Positions 8,431-18,307 of a DNA stretch of 64,000 nucleotides are shown in pieces (positions within the stretch are counted from its first letter, which is position 1; every line of letters starts with the position of its first letter). The DNA is taken from contig CAWFJP010000005.1 of the NCBI GenBank assembly GCA_963816145.1, positions 224,001 through 288,000 on the forward strand, read 5' to 3'. Made by a program: the position numbers and the translations under genes. Source of the stretch: an uncultured delta proteobacterium (GTDB lineage: Bacteria > Desulfobacterota > Binatia > UBA9968). The notes under the pieces were generated by a model. It was given only the letters and a program-made list of their open reading frames with translations. It made no database searches and was not told the origin of the DNA.

Positions 8431-10428
8431 ATGTTGACGACACTCGAAAAGATCTTGTTTGTTCTGCTTGCCGCCGGCTCGCTGTATTATGGCGGCGCGA
8501 GGCTTTACGACGTTTACCGGGCCATCGCCCGGGGTAAGCCGGATGTTCGCTTTGACCATCTGGCGGATCGGATTCGCCGCGCGCTGTGGATCGTCTTGAC
8601 CCAGCAGAGCGTGTTCAAGAAACGGCCGGTGGTGTCGTTTCTCCACGCGCTGATTTTTTACGGCTTCATTTTTTATTTCCTGGTTAATCTTGTCGATGTT
8701 CTCGAAGGTTTCTTCGGTCTGCATGCGCGAGACGGATTGTGGAACCTTTTCAATATCGCCGGCGATCTTTTGACTGCCTCCGTACTCACGGGCATTGTCG
8801 GCATGCTGATTCGCCGTTGGCTGGTCAAGCCGCAGGATTTCGCCTTCGCTGAGAATACTCCGGTGCAGCCGGAGGTCCGGGGCGGCATCTTTCGCGACTC
8901 GACTTTTGTCGCCTGTTTCATCCTATTCCATGTCGGTTGCCGGCTGCTGTTCAAGGCGACTCAACTTGCCCAGCAAGGCAGCGACGCATTTCAACCGGTG
9001 AGTTCGCTGTTTGCCGGACTCTTTGCCGGTCTTGCTCCCGGCGCGCTGGAGTTTCTTAATCATTTCTACTGGTGGGGTGCCCTCGGTTCGATCTTGCTAT
9101 TCATTCCGTACTTCCCGCGCTCGAAGCATATCCATATTTTTCTGGCGCCGGTGAATTTGGCTTTGAAAAAAGACCAGCCCGGCGTGCTGCAACCGATGGA
9201 CTTCGAGAAAGAGGAAACCTTCGGTGCGGCGAAGCTGGAGGATTTCACCTGGCCGCGTCTGTTGGATTCCTACAGCTGCATCATGTGCAACCGCTGCCAG
9301 GATGTCTGCCCGGCGTCCAATACCGGCAAGGCGCTCAGCCCGGCCGCGATTCTCATCAACGAGCGCTTTGAGCTCAACAAGATTTTCCCAAATTTCTCTC
9401 ACGGCCAGGAGAGTCCGCGGCCGCTGCTCGACTTCGCTCTCAATGAAGAATCGGCTTGGGCCTGCACCACCTGTAACGCCTGCATTGAAGTCTGTCCGGT
9501 GGGCAATGAGCAGATGCTGCATATCATCGACGTGCGCCGCGAGCGAGTTTTAGGCGCGGCGGAGTTTCCCAAAGGACTGCAAAACACGTTTAATCACATG
9601 GAACGCGCCGGCAACCCTTTTGGCATGGCTGCGGACGAGCGCGTCGCCTGGACCAAAGGGCTGCCGTTTGCCGTGCCGACGTTGGCCGACAAGCCCGACC
9701 CGGAAGTGCTCTACTGGGTCGGTTGCGCCGTGGCCTTCGATCCGCGGGCGCAGAAGATCGCCCAGAGTATGGCAATGATATTCAACGCCGCCGGACTGAA
9801 CTGGGCGGTGCTCGGCAAAGACGAAAAATGCACCGGCGATACGGCGCGGCGCGCCGGCAACGAATATTTATTCGTCCAAATGGCCGAAGAAAATATCGGC
9901 GCATTGAATCAGATCAAAGCCAAAACCATCGTCACCACTTGTCCGCATTGCTTTCACACAGTCGCCAACGAATATCCGCAGTTTGGCGGTAACTATGTAG
10001 TTAAGCATCACAGCGATTTCATCGATGAGCTGGTCAAAAGCGGCAAGCTGAAACTCTCGATCGATGGCAACGGTTCGGTGACGTACCACGATCCCTGTTA
10101 TCTCGGTCGGCACAACGGTATCTTCGATCAGCCGCGCGGTCTGATCGAGTCCACCGGCGCCAAGTTGACCGAGCCCAGCCGCAGCGGTAGCAACAGCTTT
10201 TGCTGCGGCGCCGGCGGCGGCCAGTTCTGGAAAGAAGAAGAAAAAGGCAGAGAGCGGGTCAGCACCAACCGCTATCGTGAGTTGAAACAGACCGGCGCCA
10301 AAACCGTTGCTACCGGTTGCCCGTTTTGCATGCGCATGCTCACCGAAGAGACTGCGAAGGAAGAGCCGGAAACCGCCATGGAGGTTTTGGATGTGGCCGA
10401 GATCGTCGCCCGCAGCCTGAGCAAGTAA
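8431..10428 (+). CDS. Membrane-bound Fe-S oxidoreductase (FadF/HdrD-like: TM domain, 2x[4Fe-4S], two CCG domains)
   Basis: CIMCNRCQDVCP and CTTCNACIEVCP; YWVGC, TTCPHC, YHDPCYLGR, CCGAGGG, CPFC. Confidence 0.88.
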   Translation: MLTTLEKILFVLLAAGSLYYGGARLYDVYRAIARGKPDVRFDHLADRIRRALWIVLTQQSVFKKRPVVSFLHALIFYGFIFYFLVNLVDVLEGFFGLHARDGLWNLFNIAGDLLTASVLTGIVGMLIRRWLVKPQDFAFAENTPVQPEVRGGIFRDSTFVACFILFHVGCRLLFKATQLAQQGSDAFQPVSSLFAGLFAGLAPGALEFLNHFYWWGALGSILLFIPYFPRSKHIHIFLAPVNLALKKDQPGVLQPMDFEKEETFGAAKLEDFTWPRLLDSYSCIMCNRCQDVCPASNTGKALSPAAILINERFELNKIFPNFSHGQESPRPLLDFALNEESAWACTTCNACIEVCPVGNEQMLHIIDVRRERVLGAAEFPKGLQNTFNHMERAGNPFGMAADERVAWTKGLPFAVPTLADKPDPEVLYWVGCAVAFDPRAQKIAQSMAMIFNAAGLNWAVLGKDEKCTGDTARRAGNEYLFVQMAEENIGALNQIKAKTIVTTCPHCFHTVANEYPQFGGNYVVKHHSDFIDELVKSGKLKLSIDGNGSVTYHDPCYLGRHNGIFDQPRGLIESTGAKLTEPSRSGSNSFCCGAGGGQFWKEEEKGRERVSTNRYRELKQTGAKTVATGCPFCMRMLTEETAKEEPETAMEVLDVAEIVARSLSK

Positions 10429-10429
10429 T

Positions 10430-10891
10430 ATGCGCAACTATGGCGGTGTCTTGGCGGTTTTTGTCTGGCTCTTGGTATTCGCAGTATCCGCCTGCGATGC
10501 CCAACCCAAAGTGACGATCACCACGAAAGACGGCCGCCAGGTCGGCTTTCAGGTGGAAGTTGCCGATACTCCGGGCAAGCGAGAGATGGGCTTGATGTAC
10601 CGTACTGAACTGGCCAACGATCGTGGCATGATCTTTCTTTTTCCCAGCGAGTCGCAGCAGTCGTTCTGGATGAAGAACACGCCGCGCTCGCTGGACATGA
10701 TCTTCATCGGCAGTGACCGCAAGATTGTCGGCATCGTCGAGCAAGCCACGCCATTTTCCCTTGACCCGCGATCCGTCGACGGGAAGAGTCGATTCGTTTT
10801 TGAGATCAACGGCGGTTTGTCGAAGCGGCATGGCTTTGCCGCCGGCGACTCGGTGCAGTTCGACGGCTTCAATGCCGCCGTCAGCCAATAA
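10430..10891 (+). CDS. DUF192 family exported protein
   Basis: 'EVADTP..REMGLMYR', 'GMIFLF', 'FWMKNT..SLDMIF'. Confidence 0.85.
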   Translation: MRNYGGVLAVFVWLLVFAVSACDAQPKVTITTKDGRQVGFQVEVADTPGKREMGLMYRTELANDRGMIFLFPSESQQSFWMKNTPRSLDMIFIGSDRKIVGIVEQATPFSLDPRSVDGKSRFVFEINGGLSKRHGFAAGDSVQFDGFNAAVSQ

Positions 10892-10942
10892 GTATATTCC
10901 GGCTCTTGTGTGGATTACTCCGCCGCTACGCTTTAATTCTAC

Positions 10943-11022
10943 TCACCACGAAGGCACGAAGAGCACGAAGCTCGGCTGGTAAATTGTCCGAACCCTTCGT
11001 GTCCTTCGCGTCTTCGTGGTGA
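10943..11022. repeat. Intergenic inverted repeat with CACGAAG tandem arms
   Basis: TCACCACGAAGGCACGAAGAGCACGAAG ... CTTCGTGTCCTTCGCGTCTTCGTGGTGA. Confidence 0.8.
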
Positions 11023-11055
11023 ACAATCAGCCTCACGAAACTCACAAGAAGCAAC

Positions 11056-11093
11056 AAAAAAGGGACCGAAGGCCGCAGCCTTCGATCCCCTTT
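11056..11093 (-). terminator. Rho-independent terminator downstream of the GAPDH-like gene
   Basis: Plus strand AAAAAAGGGACCGAAGGC-CGCA-GCCTTCGATCCCCTTT; U-tract on the minus strand. Confidence 0.7.
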
Positions 11094-11113
11094 CGCTGCC
11101 AACAACTTTGCTC

Positions 11114-12181
11114 TTAGATCTCGCTAAAAAAGTACGGCCGCACCGGTGCCAATTTCTCCTCGTAGGAGTCGGGGTACAGAAACCACAATGAAGCGGCGAT
11201 ACTGCTCAACAGCGAATTGCCATCCTGCGGCGTGAAGCAGGTACCGATCACTTCCTTGTCGTTATGGATCGCCAGGCTCTGGGCGACGACCACCGTCTGG
11301 TTTAGAATCCGGCCGAACAGGCCATGGTCGCGGCCGAAGGAAAAGACCGAAGCCGACGACGCCTTGTTGGTCATCGCCACTCGGCGCACCGAGCGGAACC
11401 GGCGCATTAGTTCGTCCATGTCGATGGCGCGGCGCAGCCGCAAGTTAAAATGAATCGTGTGCATGTACTGGGTGTTGAGCTTCAAAGCCGAGGAGAAAAT
11501 ATTCAAATCCAACCCCATGGTCTTGAATAACGCGTGGGCGTCATGTCCCTGATGGGTGCCGAAGTGTGGATCGTCATGTTTGCCCGCTTCGGGCGCCGGA
11601 ATGAAATCGCCTTCTTGGCTTAAGTCGTTGGCGCGCCGCATGCACACGAAGCGGCTCTCGGCCAGGTTGTCTTCCTTCTCTGGTCCCAACGCGATGGTGT
11701 CGATTAGCACTGCTAAGTTGTGGGTATTGCAGCTAACGACCTGGATGAACTGGTCTTGGCCTTTGGCCAATGCCTTGTCGTTGATGCCGCGCGCGTATTT
11801 CTTGCCGAAGCCATCTTCGCTGCCCTGGGCGATAAAGCCGCGGCCATTGTTGGCGTACTTGTTATACAGTTTTTCCTTATTCTGATTCCCCACTGGGGTG
11901 CAATCGATAACCACACTGGCGCGCTCGATCGCTTCCTCCGCTTCGAGAGTCGGCGTCATGCCCATGTCGACAAATTTCTGCCAGCGATCCTTGTCGACAG
12001 CGAGTTTGGCGCCCTTGTCACACGACACCAATACTTTCGAACGGTCGGTCAGCAACGGTGTGCGTTTATGAAAGGTCACTTCGTCGATGCCAAATTGCTC
12101 CTTAAAGGTGGAGAGAATGCAGATCAGCGGTTCGCCAATGGTGCCGGTGCCGACGATGTGAACGATTTTTTTCTGTGCCAT
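11114..12181 (-). CDS. Archaeal-type (class II) glyceraldehyde-3-phosphate dehydrogenase-like protein
   Basis: Rossmann GTGTIG, VIDCTP, IAQG.E, VVSCNT catalytic motif, RRAND. Confidence 0.65.
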   Translation of the reverse strand: MAQKKIVHIVGTGTIGEPLICILSTFKEQFGIDEVTFHKRTPLLTDRSKVLVSCDKGAKLAVDKDRWQKFVDMGMTPTLEAEEAIERASVVIDCTPVGNQNKEKLYNKYANNGRGFIAQGSEDGFGKKYARGINDKALAKGQDQFIQVVSCNTHNLAVLIDTIALGPEKEDNLAESRFVCMRRANDLSQEGDFIPAPEAGKHDDPHFGTHQGHDAHALFKTMGLDLNIFSSALKLNTQYMHTIHFNLRLRRAIDMDELMRRFRSVRRVAMTNKASSASVFSFGRDHGLFGRILNQTVVVAQSLAIHNDKEVIGTCFTPQDGNSLLSSIAASLWFLYPDSYEEKLAPVRPYFFSEI

Positions 12182-12310
12182 GGTTCTCCACCTGTAATTT
12201 CGGATGGGCAGATACTAGCCCAACGGCGCGATGCGATCAACAGATTATTAGATGCAAGACGCTGGTTTTTAGCGGTAAATCCTCTATCTTGTGAAGTGTA
12301 AGCGAGGTGA

Positions 12311-13766
12311 ATGGCGATGGCAGACGCACCGGTTCCAGCCCGATCCTTCTTCGATCGTAACTTCGGCATCCGCAACCGTGACTTGGAGAAGGTCCTTGAT
12401 GCGGCCATGGGCAAAAAGGCCGACTATGCCGATCTGTTTTTCGAGTACCGCCGCAACGAAGGTATCAGCCTGGAAGAGGGGATGGTCAAAAACTGTTCCC
12501 AGTCGACTTCCAACGGGGTTGGCGTGCGTGTGCTTGCGGAAACAAAAACCGGTTACGCCTACACCGATGACATAACCATTGAAAATCTCGAAGTCGCCGC
12601 CCGCACGGCGCAGTACATTGCTCAGAACCGGCCGGCGCAGGTACCGGCTCAAATAGGCCAGCCGCCCGCTGCGGCCCATGATCTCTACGCCATCGCGACC
12701 CCGGTCAACGATGTTCCTTTGGACCGGAAAGTTGCGCTGCTTTACGAGATCGATAAGTTTACCCGCGGTCTCGACCCACGGGTGAAAAATGTTTTCGCTT
12801 CCATCGGCGCTGAGTACAAAGTGATTCTTGTCGCGTCATCGCAAGGCATGGTGGTCGGTGATATTCAGCCGCTGACGCGCCTGAATGTCACTTGCATTGT
12901 CGAAGAAAACGGCAACCGGCAAGTCGGCAGTTTCGGCGGCGGCGGGCGGGTGGAGTTCGGCTTCTTTGTCGACGGCTGCGATTATGAGCGCTACGCCCGC
13001 GAAGCGGTGCGCCAAGCGGTGTTGAACCTGAGCGCCGAAGACGCACCGGCGGGAACCATGGACGTGGTGCTCGGCCCCGGCTGGCCGGGGATCCTGCTGC
13101 ACGAAGCCATCGGCCATGGTCTTGAGGGCGATTTCAACCGCAAAAAAACTTCCGCTTTCAGCGACCGCATCGGCGAAAAGGTCGCGTCCGAACTTTGCAC
13201 CGTGGTGGACGACGGTACGATTCCGTCGCGCCGCGGTTCGATCAACGTCGACGACGAGGGCACGCCGACCAGCCGAACCACGCTGATCGAAAAGGGCATC
13301 CTCAAAGGCTATTTGCAGGACAAGCTCAATGCCAGCTTGATGAAGATGGCGCTCACCGGCAATGGCCGGCGCGAAAGCTACGCGCATATTCCCATGCCGC
13401 GCATGACCAACACCTTTATGCTCGCCGGCGAGTCGGTACCGGAGGATATCCTGAAAGTCAGTTAAGAAAGGCCTCTATGCGGTTTCCTTCGGCGGCGGCC
13501 AAGTTGATATTACCAGCGGCAAATTCGTTTTCTCCGCCAGCGAGGCTTACTTGATCGAAGACGGTAAGGTCACCAAGCCGGTGAAAGGCGCAACTCTGAT
13601 CGGCAACGGCCCTGACGTGTTGACCCGGGTGTCGATGGTCGGCGCGGATTTGAAGCTCGACGAAGGCGTCGGCACCTGCGGTAAGGACGGTCAGTCGGTG
13701 CCCGTCGGCGTCGGTATGCCGACGATCAAGATCGATGGATTAACAGTCGGGGGAACAAGAGCGTAA
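12311..13766 (+). CDS. tldD: Metalloprotease TldD (one-base frameshift near 13454)
   Basis: [32 protein letters not shown]; removing one A at 13454-13456 restores [27 protein letters not shown]...[13 protein letters not shown]. Confidence 0.9.
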
Positions 13767-13768
13767 GA

Positions 13769-13920
13769 GTTCAAAACGTTCAAGCCGTTCAAATCGTTCA
13801 ACCCCCCACCTTTCTTCGAAGCCGATCCGGCAAGCCTTTCCTCCCCCGCGTCGCGGGGGAGGATTAAGGAGGGGGCTAGAACGGAGCGTAGCGGTTGAAC
13901 GGCTTGAACTGTTTGAACGA
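13769..13920. repeat. Composite inverted repeat: GTTCAA 9-nt-period arms enclosing a CCTCCCCCGCGTCGCGGGGGAGG REP-like hairpin
   Basis: GTTCAAAAC GTTCAAGCC GTTCAAATC GTTCAA ... TTGAACGGC TTGAACTGT TTGAAC between tldD and pmbA. Confidence 0.8.
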
Positions 13921-13932
13921 TCTGGAGAGTTC

Positions 13933-15288
13933 ATGGATAGATGTGAATTAAACCAAGATCTCGGTCGCGAGATACTCGATACCGCCAAGAAGAAGGGCGC
14001 TTCGTCCGGCGATGTCGTGATGGTCGAGGGCGATTCGTTTTTCGTCACCGTGCGCATGGGCGAGGTCGAGAAGATCAGCCAGGCCGGCGAGAAGCGGCTC
14101 GGGCTGCGCTTGTTTCTGGGCAACAGCTCGGCGTCGGCGTCGACCTCGGATATCTCGAAGAAATCGATTGAAAAACTGGTCGACGACACGGTGCAGATGG
14201 CCCGCGCCACGGCCCAGGATCCCAGCGGCGGCCTACCCGCGCCGGAGATGTTAGCGCGGGAGATTCCCGATCTCGATCTGATCGATAGCGGCGCGCGCAG
14301 TATCGCCGTCGATGACAAGATTCAGATTGCCTTGGACACCGAGAAAGCCGCGCTCTCATTCGATGCGCGCATTACCAACTCCGAAGGCGCTGAGTTTTCC
14401 AATCACTTCGGCCGCGTCATCTATGTCAGCAGTCACGGCTTTGCCGGCGAATATTCCGGCTCGACCTTCGGCCATTCGGTGGCGCCGGTGGCGAAGCAAG
14501 ATGGTTCGATGCAGCGCGATTACTGGTATTCATCCACCCGAAAGTTCGCCAATCTAGAGTCGTCCAAGCATGTTGGCGAGAAGGCTGCCCAGCGCGTGCT
14601 GCGCCGGCTCGGCGGGCGCAAGGTGAAAACCTGCGAGGTGCCGGTGGTATTCGATCCGGAAATGGCGGCTTCGCTCATCCGCAGCCTGGCGTCGGCGCTG
14701 TCCGGTTACGCGCTTTACAAAGGCGCGTCGTTCCTGGTCGGCAAGCTCGGTGAAAAGATCGGTTCGGATTTATTGACGGTGATTGACGACGGCACCATCG
14801 TCGGCGCCCATGGCTCACGACCCTTCGATGCCGAAGGGTTGCCGATCAAAAAGAAAATCGTCGTCGAAATGGGTGAGCTCAAGAGCTATCTGCTCGACAC
14901 TTACAGCGGCAAGAAGCTGGGCATGCCGTCCACCGGCAACGCCTCGCGCTCGGTGGGCGAACCCCCGGGTGTATCGCCGGCAAATTTTTATTTAACGCCC
15001 GGCAAGCAGACACCGGAACAGATCATCGGTTCAGTCAAGTCCGGTCTGTATGTCACCGAAATGATCGGTTCCGGCGTCAACATGATCACCGGCGACTATT
15101 CCCGCGGCGCTGCCGGGATGTGGATCGAAAACGGCGAACTCGCCTATCCCGTCGAGGAAATTACCGTCGCCGGCAACCTCAAAGAAATGCTGCACAACAT
15201 CGAAATGGTCGGCAACGACCTTGAATTGCGCGGACGCATCGCCGCCCCGACGATGAAGCTAGCCAAGATGACAGTGGCAGGCGAATGA
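13933..15288 (+). CDS. pmbA: TldE/PmbA family protein
   Basis: MQRDYWYS, SRPFDAEG, TGNA, GVNMITGDYSRGA; lacks HExxxH; follows tldD. Confidence 0.92.
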   Translation: MDRCELNQDLGREILDTAKKKGASSGDVVMVEGDSFFVTVRMGEVEKISQAGEKRLGLRLFLGNSSASASTSDISKKSIEKLVDDTVQMARATAQDPSGGLPAPEMLAREIPDLDLIDSGARSIAVDDKIQIALDTEKAALSFDARITNSEGAEFSNHFGRVIYVSSHGFAGEYSGSTFGHSVAPVAKQDGSMQRDYWYSSTRKFANLESSKHVGEKAAQRVLRRLGGRKVKTCEVPVVFDPEMAASLIRSLASALSGYALYKGASFLVGKLGEKIGSDLLTVIDDGTIVGAHGSRPFDAEGLPIKKKIVVEMGELKSYLLDTYSGKKLGMPSTGNASRSVGEPPGVSPANFYLTPGKQTPEQIIGSVKSGLYVTEMIGSGVNMITGDYSRGAAGMWIENGELAYPVEEITVAGNLKEMLHNIEMVGNDLELRGRIAAPTMKLAKMTVAGE

Positions 15289-15332
15289 GGGGGGATAATC
15301 CTCAATGCAGATTTCAAAATGAAAAGTGCAAA

Positions 15333-15901
15333 ATGCAAAGTGACGGACCGGACTTGACGGAGCGATTGCTAGAGTTCAGTGCTAATGTCGTTAGGTTCAC
15401 GGCTACACTGAATAGATCAGCCACCGGTCGTCATATCGGGAATCAACTGAATGACCCTCGGCTCCAAGCCGAGGGTTTCTGTACTCGTCGACTAGAAGTC
15501 GACTCTTCCTTTCGTCATTCCGGCGTAGGCCGGAATCCAGGTTTTCTTTGGCCTGCCAACGAAACCGAAGATGGATGCCAGCCTTCGCCGGCATGACAAA
15601 TCCTCTCCTCGACTGAAGGCGAGGGATTTCAACTATCCCCGAAAGGGACATTAATGCGGGCCAGCACCTCTTGTGCGGGGCGGATTACGAGGAGGCGTGT
15701 GCGGCCGAGAGCCGCGCGGATTTTGTTCATAAAATGCAGATTGTCTTGAAGGAAATGCGTGAGTCCCGTTATTGGCTAAGGCTGATCGAAAAAGTCAGCG
15801 TATTCTCGGAAAACAACTTGCCTAGCCTGCTTCGCGTATCCGATGAGCTGGTAAAAATATTTACCAAGTCGGTTATCACCGCAAAGCGTCCCATCCGATA
15901 A
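15333..15901 (+). pseudogene. Four-helix-bundle (23S rRNA intervening-sequence protein-like) gene, interrupted
   Basis: 5' half DLTERLLEFSANVV...GRHIGNQ and 3' half LMRASTS/GADYEEACAAESRADFVHKMQIVLKEMRESRYWLRL, split by a 204-bp insert plus a small frameshift near 15670. Confidence 0.8.
15447..15650 (-). mobile_element. Non-autonomous IS200/IS605-like miniature element containing a REP-like doublet
   Basis: Subterminal hairpins ACCCTCGGCTCCAAGCCGAGGGT and CCTCTCCTCGACTGAAGGCGAGGG, no obvious target duplication; internal GTCATTCCGGCGTAGGCCGGAATCCA...TGGATGCCAGCCTTCGCCGGCATGAC. Confidence 0.6.
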
Positions 15902-16006
15902 TTTTGCATTTTGCACTCTGCACTTGCAATCTATATTGTGAGTTGAGACTCCCGACTCCCCTGGTTCCCACTGCTCCGCGTACCTTTTTCATTTTGAAGT
16001 TTGCCT

Positions 16007-16990
16007 TTACCGAATCACCCGGTCCGCCCGCGCAAGTACATTCGGCGGAATCGTCAGGTTGATCTGCTTGGCGGCTTTCAGATTGACGATAAACTCAAAC
16101 TTCTTCGGCTGCTCGACCGGGAGATCGGCGGGCTTGGCGCCTTTTAGAATCTTGTCGACATAGATAGCAGCACGCCGGAACAAGTCGGGAGTGTTCGTGC
16201 CGTAGTACATGAGGCCGCCGGCTTCCATATATTCCGTTTGTGCGTAAATTGCCGGGAGCCGGTGTTTTTCCGCGAGGTCGATCACCAATTTTCGCTGAGA
16301 ACTCATGACCGCGCTCTGCAGCACGAGGGCTGCCTCGGCGCGTCCTTTGATTGCAGTTTGGAATGCGGCTTCAATGTCCTTCGGATCGAGCACGTCTAGG
16401 TATTGAAACTTCACTTTCAACGCTCCTGCGGCGGCTTCCACCTCTCTTAACATTTGTACTTGGCCCAGCATAGTTGACGCGCCGAAGACCGCCACGCGGG
16501 AGAGTTTGGGAATGATCTCCTTCAAAAGCTCCAGTCGTTTTCCACTTATCTCCGGGGCGAGGGTCGACAACCCGGTAATGTTTCCGCCAGGGCGTGCTAG
16601 GCTGGCGATCACCCCGGTGGCAACTGGATCGTTATCCTGCGCCATAACAATGGGAATCGTCGAAGTTGCTTCCTTGGCGGGCCGGGTTGTTGCCGGACCC
16701 ACTGAGACGATGATGTCGACCTTGAGACGCACTAGCTCGGCCGCGAGCGAGGGCAGACGATCGAGCTTTCCTTCCGCATGTCGAACCTCAATGACAATAT
16801 TATTTCCCTCCACGTATCCAAGTTCGCGCAGACCCTGCCGGAACGCCTCGATGCGGGCGGGGCTAGTGGAAGGGGAAGTAGCATTTAGGTATCCGATTCT
16901 GGGGATCTTTGTTGGCTGTTGCGCCTCGGCGGAAGAGACAGTTACCAGCAAGACAATTGTCAGTAACAAAAATGGAAATTTACTTTTCAA
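16007..16990 (-). CDS. ABC transporter substrate-binding protein (ABC_sub_bind / Trp-Tyr-binding-like family)
   Basis: Signal peptide; 'LRELGYVEG', 'SLARPGGNITG', 'KRLELLKE', 'PADLPVEQP.KFE', 'LARADRVI'. Confidence 0.88.
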   Translation of the reverse strand: MKSKFPFLLLTIVLLVTVSSAEAQQPTKIPRIGYLNATSPSTSPARIEAFRQGLRELGYVEGNNIVIEVRHAEGKLDRLPSLAAELVRLKVDIIVSVGPATTRPAKEATSTIPIVMAQDNDPVATGVIASLARPGGNITGLSTLAPEISGKRLELLKEIIPKLSRVAVFGASTMLGQVQMLREVEAAAGALKVKFQYLDVLDPKDIEAAFQTAIKGRAEAALVLQSAVMSSQRKLVIDLAEKHRLPAIYAQTEYMEAGGLMYYGTNTPDLFRRAAIYVDKILKGAKPADLPVEQPKKFEFIVNLKAAKQINLTIPPNVLARADRVIR

Positions 16991-17021
16991 CGCCTTCCCC
17001 CTTTTAATTTTTGCTTCTGCC

Positions 17022-18008
17022 TTATCTGATCACGCGATCCGCCCGCGCCAGCACATTCGGCGGTATCGTTAGGCCGAGCTGGTTGGCGGTCTTGAGGTTG
17101 ACGAGGAATTCGAACTTCGTCGGCTGTTCGATGGGCAGATCGCTGGGGCTGGTGCCTTTAAGAATCTTGTCGACATGGTGCAGGGCGCGCTCCAGGGTTT
17201 CCGCCTGACTCGGCCCGTAGGCCATGAGCCCGCCATCTTCCACATACGGGGCATTTTCATACATTGCCGGCAAGCGATGTTTTGCCGCCAATTCGACAAC
17301 ATGTTTGCGATTGAGCTGGGTCAATGGGTCGGTGATGACAAACAGCGCATCGGGCCGCTTGCGCAACATCTCGGAAAAGACACCTTCGAAATCCTTGGGC
17401 TCGCGGATCGCCGAAGCTTGCACCGTTACCCGCAATCCCTGCGCCGCGCGTTCCAGTTCCCGGTATTTAAGGGTCATGCCAAAATCCGCGGCGTTCCAGA
17501 GTAGCGCCACCCGGGTCAACTTGGGGAAGGCTTCCTTCAATAGTTCGAGACGTTTGCCGCTCAGCTCCTCTTCGAACGCACTCACCCCGGTGATGTTGCC
17601 GCCCGGCCGGGCAAAGCTCGCGACGAGACCGGTAGCCACGGGATCCCCGGCGCCGGTAATTACGATGGGAATGGTTGTGGTTGCTTGCTTGGCCGCGATA
17701 GCGGCCGGATAGGACTGCGCGACAATCACGTCTAGAGGCTGGCGCACGAGGTCGGCGGCGAGTTCGCTCAGGCGGCCGATTTGGCCGTTCGAATAGCGAG
17801 CTTCGATGGCGATGTTTTGACCTTCCACGTAGCCCAACTTGCGCAAGCCTAGGTCAAGCGCTGTCGGCGACCCAGCCGGGGGCGAACCGCCCCCCGACAG
17901 TAGGCCTATCCGGAAAAACTTCTTCGGCTGCTGTGCCGTGGCTACGACTCCAAGTCCCAATAACGTCACAGTGATGACGATCAATCTAATGATGCCTTTC
18001 ATCGCCAC
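17022..18008 (-). CDS. ABC transporter substrate-binding protein (same family, tandem paralog)
   Basis: Same motif set as 16007-16990. Confidence 0.88.
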   Translation of the reverse strand: MAMKGIIRLIVITVTLLGLGVVATAQQPKKFFRIGLLSGGGSPPAGSPTALDLGLRKLGYVEGQNIAIEARYSNGQIGRLSELAADLVRQPLDVIVAQSYPAAIAAKQATTTIPIVITGAGDPVATGLVASFARPGGNITGVSAFEEELSGKRLELLKEAFPKLTRVALLWNAADFGMTLKYRELERAAQGLRVTVQASAIREPKDFEGVFSEMLRKRPDALFVITDPLTQLNRKHVVELAAKHRLPAMYENAPYVEDGGLMAYGPSQAETLERALHHVDKILKGTSPSDLPIEQPTKFEFLVNLKTANQLGLTIPPNVLARADRVIR

Positions 18009-18292
18009 TCCTCTAAAACTTTTGACTGCGCGTAAAACTGAACTCGACTCTAATCTAAAGTCCGCGAATCTGCCGCAAAAAAAACCGCGAGGCGTGAAAC
18101 CGTTCGGGCGTGAAAAAAACGCATCGAGATTGACGCCGGAGCGGAGTCAGCCGAATCGCTTCAGTTGATCGATGCTATTTGCCGCTATGCTACCCGATCC
18201 GTAACGTTCAGGTGGCGCCGGCACGCCAGTAGTCTCACCTCCGACGGGTTCGTCCTGCCGAAATAATGATTACGCTATATGCTCGCAATAAC

Positions 18293-18307
18293 GCAATGGT
18301 GAGGCCA
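18293..18307 (-). promoter_or_regulatory. Possible sigma54 -24/-12 promoter
   Basis: Minus strand TGGC-CTCACCA-TTGC; palindrome GTAGCAATCTTGCTAC ~100 bp upstream (18403-18418). Confidence 0.35.

Noticed and set aside
10943-11050. Short tandem repeats as a CRISPR array
   Set aside because: Units are 6-9 nt, arranged as inverted arms with no unique spacers; no cas genes in the window
12311-15288. tldD/pmbA as part of a RiPP cluster
   Set aside because: No precursor peptide, YcaO or other modification enzymes adjacent; looks like the housekeeping pair
15333-15901. Four-helix-bundle gene as Avd of a diversity-generating retroelement, or a true rRNA intervening sequence
   Set aside because: No reverse transcriptase, template/variable repeat pair or rRNA sequence nearby
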